From contig JAAOMT010000618.1 of NCBI GenBank assembly GCA_016748015.1, forward strand, positions 65,301 through 129,300: 64,000 nucleotides of DNA. Reading direction: 5' to 3'. Under the pieces are notes generated by a model. It was not told the DNA's origin. It was given only the letters and a program-made list of their open reading frames with translations, and made no database searches. Positions 53,097 through 64,000 of the stretch are shown here, in pieces (the first letter of the stretch is position 1; every line of letters begins with the position of its first letter). Position numbers and translations under genes: made by a program. Origin of the DNA: Geosiphon pyriformis uo1 (Eukaryota; Fungi; Glomeromycota).

Positions 53097-55678
53097 ATTA
53101 TTATTATTATTTTTTATTCATTTAATGAGTGAGGTCCAAATACTATCTAGTGCTATACATCAAAAAAATGATCTAAACTAGGCATAAATCATGCACTTTC
53201 TATACATGACCAGCCACTTGAGCTAATTAAAACAACACTACGCAGCTATGTGAACTGAAACTGGATTACCTATATCTGAAAAAAACAAACAAGATTTGCA
53301 AAAACCAAAACAAATACCAAAAGCATCAGCAACACTAAGCAATTTAACTACTCTATCAGAAAACCTCAAAGCCAAACCAGAAACTGAGACAAAAGCCAAA
53401 CTGTCAAGTGGAATCAACTCATTTTTTTCCATATAAGCTCAATGTTTAGCATAAACTGTCCAAACATTTTCTCTAAAAACTAGACCAAGTGAGCATACAA
53501 ACTTAACAATTTTCAAACCAGCAATCTTGAGATCATGAAAGACAAAAACAGTCTCGCAAAACCAATCATCAAAAACAAAACTCTTACAAAGAGCCGTGAA
53601 CACAGAGGAATCAGAAACACAGGACAACAACATCTGTAAAACTCCTGAGAAAGAATAAGAGAAACTGGAAACCACTTTCTAGAAATTTACATGAAATTCC
53701 AATAACCAATATCAAACAAATTCATTAACTCTACAAGAAAACAAATGATCTGACACTTCAATGTTATCACAATATAAGCACAGCACACTAGAATAAAGTC
53801 TATTATAAAGATGCTTCCGAATGGCAACTGGCAGCTGATAGTGCAAAGCTTTTATGAAGTAAGTATGTGTATTAACCAAGAGACTGCTAGTGAAAATAGT
53901 GGACATGTGCAAATTAAAAGGTCACATCAATAATGAACAAAGCTAATCAATCTCAGAGTCAAATTGCCTGCCAAAAACTTAAAACCAGAACCAACTTCCT
54001 AGCATGCATAACAAACTAAACAATAAATATTATGGACAAAATATTTGGAATTGTCAAAAATAACACTATCATCAGCTGTTATGAAAGGTTCACTCAAACA
54101 AGAAGAAAAATACCAACCAGAAAAAGAAGTGGTACCAGCAATTGCATCTGTGTGCTTATTCTCTGAAATGCCAAAGTGACCTTTTACCTTATGCCAGCTA
54201 ACCCTTAAATTCTTATTGCAAATAATGTTAACAATATAACAATACTTAACCCAACACTGATTACAAAAGTCAGAACACACCAGATCCAATTCCGACTTAT
54301 AAGCATCCAAAACAAATTGACTATCTGAAAACAAATGAACAGAATTTGATAAGAGAACACACTCTAGAGCCAACACAATAGCCTGCAACTCCACCAAAAT
54401 AGATGATATTAAACTTGACACACTAATGTCCAGACCCAAATCAATATCCTCAAAAAAAATGGCAGTAGCAGCTTTACAGCTCTCTGTGCCCAGATTACTA
54501 AAAGATTCATCCATGTACACTAACAAACTGCTAGTATCAACCTATGAAAGATAATTACAAACAGACACAAAATCACTAAATTCAAGAATGTTTAAAGGAT
54601 CAACACTACCCAAAACTGAAGGATGGGTGGAAAAGGAACCCACACCATTGAGAAATGCAACAGAAAGCCTAAACTATTCAGAAATAGAGCCACAGAGGTC
54701 CAATCTTTTCTAATGCTTGAAGGTATACCAATCAAAAACAGCATTATGATAATCATGAAGTTGATTCACAAAGACAATACTATATCACCAGAGAGAGAAG
54801 AGAAACTTAAGAAACTCCAACTCACCCAGAACAGCAAACATTAGAATTTCACTGCAAAACCGAAAGAGATTGGCCAAAGAGCCACCCAAGCATAAATTGC
54901 AATCAAAAAAAACACTAACCATGCCTGCCAGAAAGTTATCAAAAGTACTAACACAAATACAAACAAGAGAATTCAATAGATGAACAGAGTACCAATACAA
55001 AACTTGCAAGTTATGAGACCTGTAAGAAAACAAATGATCCAAAATACCACCAGAGTTTGCAAAACTAACAAGAGAAGCAGTTTTACTTTCAGATTGAACT
55101 TAAACAAAAGATTTCAAACCATAAAAGGAGGGATGGTGAATTGTATCACTAAAAAAATCATATGGCAAACCAGATTTGAGCTTCAAGCCCCTATAAATCA
55201 GAGCATTTCACTTGTTGCACATACCAATAGGAATAAAGCTGAACTGTATTCTATAGCTGACTATAGGATAGAGAACTGCCAATATCAAATACAAGAGCTG
55301 TTTATCTGAGACAGCCTTTTTCAGGACCAGATTGGTAAAAAATTGAACATTTAAGTTTGCCTTAGCCAAACTAGGCTTCAAAAGACTCTCTGTTGAAAGC
55401 AAAATACCTAAATACTAATGAGATTTACCCTTTTTGGCAATAGAAATAGACAAGCCACTAATAAAAAGAAAAGAATTGCTGACTCTGCTATTGATAAGAA
55501 TGACCACTGTCTTGTTATTATTAATAGAAATGTCATTCATCTGAAAAAATTCACTAGCAATATTGAGAATATGTTGAGTAGCATTTTGACTGTTACCAAC
55601 CCAAATTGTATTGTTAACAAAAGCACCAGCAGCAAAAAAAAAAGAGTCCAGCCTGAGATTTAGTGTAACCACTTTTGG
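53097..55678 (-). mobile_element. 5'-truncated degenerate LINE (copy D): RT C-terminal half, RNase H, Zn knuckle, 3' UTR, A/(TAA)n tail
   Basis: AGAFVNNTIWVG, VYMDES, VELQAI, DSQ, KVKGH, CLYCDNIEVSDH. TSD AATTTTTTATTTTT at 53083-53096 and 55679-55692. An empty-site homolog lies at ~18590-18610. Confidence 0.9.
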
Positions 55679-55858
55679 AATTTTTTATTTTTTACAAAAA
55701 AAAACAGATTTTAAAAAAATAATACTAAGAAATACTAAAAAAAATATTTTTTTTAAATATTTTAACAAAATTAATAATAGTAGTTTTAAATGTAAAAAAA
55801 GTTTGTTTTTTTGTTTTTTGATTTTTTTAAACAATTTAAGATTTTAAGTCTGTAATTA

Positions 55859-56784
55859 TTTTTTTTTTATTACAAGTTTTACAAGTAAAGTCTAACTGCT
55901 ATCTAGTACATAAAACCAAACTAAGTGGAACCAACTAAACACAGCTTATACATAGACTACATGTGGCCAGCCACTTAGACCAGACAAGGCAACACTACAC
56001 ATCTATGACAACAAAAGCATTACCATCCAAACCAGAAAAAAAACAACATAATTTGTGCCTACCAAATTTAACAGCAAAAGATTCTACAACACTAAACATA
56101 TGAACAATGCCAGCTGACAATATAGAAACTACACTGCTGGACAAGCCAGAAACCACACTATTATCTCCAACCAAGCCAGTCTTTTCCATCTCCACTCTAT
56201 ACTTGGCCCTAACAGACCATATTAGAATGCACTGCAATTCCACCACAAATCTGATGTATTCCACAAGAGTCTGAATAATTTTCTTTTTTCCATCAAAAAC
56301 TGAAACAGCTTTAACATACCAATCTCTTATTACAAAACTCTTGTATACTGCTGTGTAAAGACTCATATCCAAAGAACATGATGAGAGCAAAAGCAGAATA
56401 GCAGATGGAAATGAACTCAAAAGACCAGTTATTGACATTCATTTATTAGCAGCTTCAGCCAAAATGTTCCCGCAGAGACCAAAATTACCAGAACAAGTAA
56501 AAACATGATCAGAGAACTTCACCTCACCACACAGCAAACACAAAACACCAGGATAACTTCTGTTATACAACTTTTTTTTAACTGCAACTGGCAGCCACTT
56601 ATACACAATTTTCATTAAATACATGCATAAATTGGCTGACTTTCTACTGGTAAACCCAGAAAGCATGTGTGAATCAGGATGCCAAACAGTCACAGTAGTA
56701 TCTCAATTTATTTCCTTAATTATAATATTTAGAACTATATCAAAACCCAGACCAGTCTCTCAATAAGCACAACATATTAACCAA
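55859..56784 (-). mobile_element. 3' part of LINE copy E, interrupted at 56784/56785 by the Gypsy element
   Basis: VWHPDSHMLSGFTS, CLLCGEVKFSDH, 3' UTR and poly(A). LINE-like coding (..ETGLGFDIV..IKEIN..) runs right up to the LTR edge. Confidence 0.9.
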
Positions 56785-57588
56785 TGTTATAGGTGAATCT
56801 TTGAAATATGGAGTAAATAACAAACTCATAACTTGGTGCTTAAAGCTAGTTGTAGTTAATAGTGATTTAAAGATTTTGTATCTGAAGGTTTCAGTTTGAG
56901 TCTTTTGTATAATGAACAAAGATCTAATAGTTGTTTTATCTGTAACTTCCCAAAATTGCAATTCTGTTAATTCTTTTCTTGGCATGATGGCTGGTAAGTA
57001 TTTTGTATCTTCTATATATGTCCTACCCTCTTACAGGGGTCTTTTACCAGACAATCCTTAACATTAATAATCTAGCACTTTATTCAACCAATTAGTGCAC
57101 AACAATAAAATCAAAAATAAAAATCAAAAAAAGAAAAATAAAAGAAAATAATAAATAAACCAAGGTGGTTTTGCAAAATAGCCATGATCAAAAGCTATTG
57201 TTCTAGTGTGATTAAGTATCAATTACTATCAACATGGAGTATTGATAGTAGAATTGGGTTTGAAATAATAAATAGTTATTTATTGTGTTTTTGGAAAGTT
57301 GTCTAGATAAATCTAAACTGAAAGGTCTGTCTTTTCAGCTTTTAATCCTGAGATTCCTCAATTCCTTAATTCTTCACAACAGGAATTCTGGGATTCTTGG
57401 AATCTTGCAATTCCTTTGAGAGGAATCCTGAAATTCTGGAATCCTGTGATTTTTTGTGAGAATTCTATAATTCCTGGAATCCTGCAATTCCTGAAAAGAA
57501 TCCTGGAATTCCACATTTTACTATATCTACTTCTGATTGGCTAATAACTATGTTAATATATATATTTCCTATATTTCTATGAGTAACA
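56785..57588 (-). repeat. 3' LTR (804 bp) of the Gypsy element
   Basis: Termini TGTTAT...GTAACA. Homologous to the solo LTR at 36201-37067. Preceded on the minus strand by a purine tract. Confidence 0.92.
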
Positions 57589-57603
57589 TTATTTTCTCCC
57601 TTT
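57589..57603 (-). other. polypurine tract
   Basis: Minus strand AAAGGGAGAAAATAA immediately 5' of the LTR start TGTTACTC. Confidence 0.75.
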
Positions 57604-60600
57604 AATATTGAGCTCTGTCAAAATCCAATTCTGTTAATTTCTCTTCTTGAAGTATTTTCTGAATTTTGTTTTCGAGAATTACTTGTGCCATTTGAGTCTG
57701 TAATTCTTCAAATTGAGCATTGGTGATCTTTCCTAATTGATTACTGATAACTATGTCCATTGCTTTGTTAAATAAGATTTCTGGTCAATCCTGAAATGCT
57801 GTGTGTATTTGGTATATGACTTGGGCCTGTGTAGATAAGTTGTTCTTTCCCACAAAATGTTCTAATTGTTGTAGTATTCTTGTGTCGAATAATTGCTTTG
57901 TTTTATCTGTATATAGATTCTGGATATTCATGTATTGTCCTAAGTAAAAATAACAGTAGTTTCTTGAAAATTGTTGTGTTCACCAATTCCAGGTTTTTCT
58001 GGTCAATTCTTGTTGTAATCTGACTATTTGTTGTTTTTTTATGGCCAATTTTACTTTGGTGATTATTTTGTCAACCATATTTTCGAATTTTCTCTGTATC
58101 CTATATTGTAGAGTCTTTGACATATTTTTGTAACAAATTGTTTGTTGATTGATTGTAATTTCCATTTTTTGGTGTTGAATTAACTGAAAAAGTTGTTGTG
58201 CTAGCAAGTAAATATTGTCAGTGATTTCTATTTTTTTGATCTTTTCTGTCATGTTAATTATGTCTTTATATATTTCTTTTGTTAATCAATTGGATGTGTT
58301 GTTATTGATGATGATAATTGGTTCCAGATCTCATGGAATTTTATCTGGTTGTACTAGTATTCTCTGTACTTCCAATTGTAGAATATTACTGGTGGATGAT
58401 AATGCTATATTGTGGTATGGTTTCAGTCGATCATTATGTGTTGCTTTGGTTAAAATTTTGTTGTTCAATCTTAATTTATAAGCTCTATTTCCTAAAATTT
58501 CTTCTATGTGAAATGGTCCATCCCATTTGAGGTCAAATTTTTCACTCCATTGTTTTTCTACTTTGGTATAATGTAGAAGTACTTTGTCTTCAATCCTGAA
58601 TTCAACTGGTTTATTTGATAGTTGGTTATCATGTCTTTCTTTTGTGACTTTTGGATATTATTAGCTGCTTTTTGCTGTTTGTTTTCTAATGTCTCCATTA
58701 AGTCATATGTTCTTCTCAATAATGTTTCCTAGAAATTCTCTTCAGTTATTAGTTCTGTTGAATATGTATTAACTTTTATCTCTACTGGTAATGTTGCTGT
58801 TCTACTATATACTAATTCAAATAGTGTTGCTTATGTAGTGTCTTGTTTCATTGTCCAATAAGCAAATAGTACTGATGGTATAAACAAATCTTATTCATCT
58901 TGATTTTCTTGGCTGAGTTTGGCTATTGCTTCACATAATGTTCTATTAAATCTTTTGACTAATCCATTGGTTTGTGAATGATATGGTGACGATAGTAGTC
59001 TCTTAATTCCGAATCTTTGGCTTAATTCTGCTAATGTTCTATTTACAAAGTGAGTTCCTTGATCTAATAATAATTTTTTTGGACATCTGTGTCAACAAAT
59101 TAAATTTTGATGAATGAATTCGGCAACGGATTCTGCATCTGCTTTTTGAATTGTTTTTGCTTCTGGCTATTTAGTGAGATAGTCCATGGCTATTGCAATA
59201 TATCTGTTGCCTCTGCTGGTGATTGTTAATGGTCTGACTAAGTCAATTCCAATGTGATCAAATAGTTGTCCCACTTTGATTGGTCTTAATGGTTCACTGG
59301 GTTTTTGTTCCTTCTTTTCTTTGACAAGCATCACAATTTTGAACATATTGAATGATGTCTGGATACATTGATGGCCAATAGTATTTTTTTCTGGTTTTTT
59401 CTATGGTTGCTTCTTTGTAAAAGTGTCCTGCAGTTGGGTCTAAGTACATGTTGAATAGTATTGTCTCTTTTTATGGCTTTGTTACTATTCTGGTTGGTTG
59501 ATCTGAATCTTTTCTGTTTTTTTAATAAAGTATATTTTGGTGAGTGATAAAATATTTTGATTGTTGTTTAATACTCTTTTGTTCTGATTGAAATAAATTC
59601 TCCTTGAACTGTTGAGTATTCAGATAATGTTGAAGTTGTTGATATTTTTGTGTGTTCATCTTTTGTTATATTTTTGTTGGTATTGGTTTTGGTTTTTGTT
59701 GTATTTTTGGGTTGAAATGTTTTTAGATTTGTCTCATTCATGACAAACCATCAGCATTTCCGTTGTTTTTTCTCTTTTTATAGTGTATGATATAAGTATA
59801 TAGTAACAGTGCCATTTTCTACCTTGACTGTCTTCCATCCCCAAATTCTTGTTTGTGAAGTGATGTCAATTCTTTGTGGTCAGTATACACATCAAATTTC
59901 TGGCTTAAGTACTTGGCTCATTTCATAACTGCCCAATATATTGCTAAGTATTCTAGTTCTGGAGTTCTATAATTTTTTTTGGCTGGTGTTAGCTGGCATA
60001 AGCTATTGGATGCTCTCTTCCATCTAATTTTCTCTAAGATAGTACAGCTCCCAATGCTTGACCTGATGCATTGGTGGTGATGATAAATGGCTTGCTGTAA
60101 TTTGAATAGATCAATACTGGAGCTTGAATTAGCTTTTTTCTTAGGATGTCAAAAGCTTTTTGCTGGGTCTCAGTCCATTTATATTTTGTATTCTTGGCTT
60201 GGAAATAGTTGAGTGGCTGAGCTATTTTGGAAAAGTTCTTTATAAAGCATCAATAATAGCTTGTGAAGCCTAAGAATGATTGTAGTTCTGTTAAGTTAGT
60301 TGGTATTGGAAAGTTCTTTACTATTTTGCTGACTATATGTCCCAAGAATTTTAGCTCTGTCTTGCCAAAAAAACATTTGGTGGCATTTAATTTTAGCCCT
60401 GCTTATCGTAGTCTTTCGAACACTTATTGAAGATGATGAAGATGATCATCAAATGTCTTTGAAAATACATTGGTGTCATCCAAGTAAACTACTACTGATT
60501 TCCACAATAAGCCAGTGTACACAATTCCCATTAGCCATTAAAATGTGGCTGGAGCATTGATTAAGCTGAATGGCATAACTTCAAACTCAAAGTTCCCTTC

Positions 60601-61518
60601 TCTGATGGTGAATGCTGTTTTTTCTTTGTCGGCTGAATCCATGGCTACTTGTCAGTAACCACTATCTAGATCCAGTGTTGAGAACCATTTATTTCCTCCA
60701 AAAGTATCGAATAGCTCTTGGATCTGTGGAGTTGGGTAGTTGTTTTCATGAGTAACTCTATTGAGTTTTCTATAATCTACACAAAAGTGAATTTTCCCAT
60801 TTTTCTTTTGGACAAGTACCACTGGTAATAACCATGAGCTTATTGATGACTGGATTAGCCCATTGTCAAGCATTCGATTGATTTCTTGACAGATGATTTC
60901 ATGACTGGTGGGTGGAACTCTGTATGCTCACTGTTTAATTGACATTGCATCTCCAGTTTTAATTTGATGTTGGATGATATCAGTTCTGCCAAATTCGTTT
61001 TTGCTGGCAAAAATGTTGTTAAAATTGTTGAGTAACATCTTGAGCTACATACATTATAGTAGATTTAGATTTTCTATGTTCATTTGTTCTAATTGTTCTG
61101 GTTGGAGCAAATAACATTTGTCTTGTCTATAGATTGTTTGTAATGTAATGTCAACATATCCACAAAGTTGTGGAAAGTCTGGAATGAAGTTTGGTGGTTG
61201 GTCTTCTATTGCTGTGGTTAAATATCCAATAGTGGTTCCTTCTGGTATCTTAATGACATTCCTAGTGTTGTTGTAGATGGGAATTTTTATGTGGCTATAG
61301 TTTTTGGCTAGTATATGGAGATTGATTAGTCCAATCTCTCCTGATTCACAAAGGCTTGCTTCAGCTTCAAAAATCTGTTCTTGCTTTTTTTTCTTCCTTT
61401 CTATTGCTAACATGTACTGGCTATATGGTGGAATAAAAATAGCTTGACCAGTTGAGATAATTTTTCCTTGGCCAACAATTTCTTTTTCTGCCATATTAAC
61501 TAGTACATCTATTTTACT

Positions 61519-61950
61519 TGTTGATTCAAATCTCTGTATTCCTCTTGCTGTTATTCCTAACTCTTCCCTATTTTCCATTGACACTAACTGAGCTATTTTA
61601 ACCAGAGACAGGAATATTGTCTGTGCTATCTTTTCATTTGGCTCTATTGTATAAGCCTTTTCCGAGTCATTTTATAGTATAGCAATAATATTTTCTACAT
61701 ATTCTGCATCAATTATTCCTCCCTTGATATTGATCTCTCTTTTTGCTAAACTACTCCTAGATGCTAACTGAACCATAGTTGTCACTGGAATCTCTAATGC
61801 TATTTTCAGATCAATACATGTGCACGAATGTGGTTCCAATTTGATAGTCTCTGTTCCAGGATATCTCAGATCAAATCTGACATCAGTATCATGTGCACAT
61901 TCTGGCATAATATCTTCATTATTATTACTGAACCATTTTAGTTCCAATTC
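61519..61950 (-). pseudogene. retrotransposon-encoded dUTPase domain (decayed)
   Basis: Motifs I-V are recognisable: AHDTDVRFDL, ASRSSLAK, GGIIDAEYVENI, EKIAQ, TARGIQRFEST. One in-frame TAA at 61672-61674. Confidence 0.88.
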
Positions 61951-63904
61951 CCTAGTGAGGTCAGAAATTACAATATATTGTTTATATTTTGTGTTAGAGT
62001 TTGAATCTGAGTTGGAATTGTTATCGTGGTTATTACCATATTGAATGAAGTTGAAACCATTGTTTTTGTCATCATCATTGTCAGAGCTTAACTTGAGATT
62101 GAATGGTAATTCCGATTTTGATGTGCAGCTGCTGATTGGTTTGATTTCTTCAAGGATTGTGTAGATCATGTGTGGTGGTGAATTGTAGATGAGGTCACAC
62201 TCATCACAATATTCAAAGTCACTGGGGATTAAACAATGGCAACACAGTCTTGTATTTAACTGTTCTAACCATTGTTCTTGCTTTTTTTTGGTGGGTGCCA
62301 GATTTTGATAGTGTTCATGAAACTCTTCTGGCTCCAGGAGGTTGATAACTGGTTCTGCATCCCAGTCAAGTTCTATCAGTTCTAGTGGGTTGTTTTTGAT
62401 TTTTTTTATTTCCTCTGGTAACACTCCTTCTATTTTGGCAAGTGCCATTCTCCAGATCTTGTTGTCATCATGTGGACAACTGTCCAATTGTCATACTGCT
62501 CTTCTTTAAGCAGCTTCTATTGGTGTCCCTTTTCTCACTCAGTCACTGACTAGAATCATGTATTGGCATGAGATTTCACAGGTTTCTCCTTTTCCTGGAA
62601 TGTCATTCCACATTCCTTCATCCAATAGTGTTTCCCCACAAGCAAGACAAGGTTGGTTATCCCATTTTTCTTGCTTTTTTGGTCGTCCAAAGTGTTCAAG
62701 GATGCATAAACAGCAGTAGAACTTTGTAGCCATAGGATATTCCTCATTGTCACCACAGCATGCACTCATTAATGACAATTTTTTGCCACAATTAATGCAT
62801 ATGAGCTTTGGTCAGCAATAAGTAGATGGTGGCTGTGGAGTGTAGGTGTATAGAACGTAAGCAGTGATGACTTGAGTAGTCTTTTCTTCTCTTTTTTTCC
62901 CTTTTTCTTTATTCCTCTTCCATTTCCAACTGTGATCTTCTTCTTGTTCATTGTTGGTCCAGGTCAGATTGTCCGTTTCTCAGGTAAGTTCTTCCTTTTG
63001 TTTTCTTTTTCCTTTTTCTTGCTCATCCCATGATAGTATGGGTGGTAACTTGTTGTGATTGGTATCAGTCCATGAGACTTGGTAGGTTTTCCAGACTGGT
63101 TTTTCTTCTTTTTCATCTAGCTCAATCAATGGTTCTTCTCTTGAAGGAGCCTTAAAGTGTCTGCACATGGCTGGAGTTCACACATGTTAGCCATTCTGAC
63201 TAAGCTGAAGCTCCTGCATGGTCCAGTCGAAAATGGCGTTGGCCTTGAACAGCCAATTGTTCCCAACCAACACTTGGTATTAAATGGCTTCCATGACCAA
63301 AACTTTGATAGGTGTGATAAGGCCATTGATTTCAAAGGGGAAATTGTTGATTTTGTCTATAGGCGTCTTAGTGGTTCTATTGACAGTTATAATTCTGGCG
63401 CTGGCAGCGCAGTCAACCCAGCAATTTAATTGCTCCATTAGTTGACGGGTGATGATGCTGCCAGCTGATCCACTATTCAGAATTAGTTTGATTGGTTGAC
63501 CATTAGCTTTTGCATCAGTGTTCATAGCCATGATGGGTTTTTCTTTTAGTGCTGCTCCACTGAATAATGGCATGGCTGCCAGTTCTTTGAGTTTGAATGG
63601 AAAAATGGCATCCAGAAATTCATTTTCCATGATTGTTGCTGATAGAATATTGCTAGTAAGTGTTGATTATAGGTTGGTTTCTGGTTCATTGGGTTGGGTG
63701 TCTTCTGGGATAACCAGGAGACTTAAATAGTTCTGAGAATTTGGGTTTTGGACATAACCAGTGTCTGAATTCTGAGAATGTGATCCCATTGACTAGTGAG
63801 AGGAGCTGAGAATCAGTTGGTAGACAACCATCACTGATCTCCAGTTTTGGGCGATTTTCGATCTGAGGTTCTCTGATGTCATCTGAATAGGATTTGCTGG
63901 TGGT

Positions 63905-64000
63905 GTTTGAATGGGTTGTTGGGACTGATAAATTACTTGGGGCTGTGGCTGATAAATTACTTGTGGCTGCAGTTGATAGATTGCTGGTGGTTGATAGACT
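63905..64000 (-). repeat. 21-bp tandem repeats encoding Q/P-rich (QPQVIYQ)n in the gag region
   Basis: Minus-strand translation VYQPPAIYQLQPQVIYQPQPQVIYQSQQPIQTP. Confidence 0.75.

Larger units (their letters stand above)
56785..64000 (-). mobile_element. degenerate Ty3/Gypsy LTR retrotransposon (gag end, PR, Cys-rich insert, dUTPase, RT, RNase H, IN, extra frame, PPT, 3' LTR); 5' part lies beyond the window
   Basis: PR KLILNSGSAGSII (~63490). dUTPase motifs at 61519-61950. RT SSW..PVVLVQKK..FCVDYRKLN and YLDD (~60476-60487). RNase H FIITTNAS. IN GHF..YYWP..CDAC, GIDLV, DQGTHF, PYHSQTNGLVKRFN, WDGPF, HNDRLKPY. Domain order RT-RH-IN. Confidence 0.95.

Noticed and set aside
57602-58252. Post-integrase frame as a retroviral env
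   Set aside because: No signal peptide, TM helix or furin-type site is seen; reported instead as an unknown domain.

Overview
Eukaryotic, intron-containing fungal DNA. The gene and repeat content suggests Glomeromycota/Mucoromycota and resembles Geosiphon pyriformis-type repeats; this is recall-based, not a search result. The first ~26 kb is a gene-rich block: SEC20-like SNARE, isocitrate lyase, SEC9-like SNARE, a NAB (NGFI-A-binding)-like protein, a GT32 glycosyltransferase, IMP3, SPB1 and an unknown membrane protein. The remaining ~38 kb is a nested transposon graveyard. It contains extremely AT-rich tracts that are themselves decayed dispersed repeats, and five copies of an APE-RT-RNaseH non-LTR retrotransposon (two full-length; four with target-site duplications of varying confidence). 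It also holds a solo LTR and a Ty3/Gypsy element, both inserted inside LINEs, and one damaged TKL-type kinase gene. The most unusual features are: (i) the Gypsy element's architecture, with a ~450-aa Cys-rich insert, a dUTPase plus a second dUTPase-like domain, a ~270-codon frame after the integrase, and an ATG-initiated frame, repeat array and hairpins in the LTR; (ii) a conserved, apparently structured LINE 3' UTR and an overlapping ORF1/ORF2 stop-start; (iii) a graded C/G-erasing mutational process confined to repeats; (iv) a fungal NAB-like protein.
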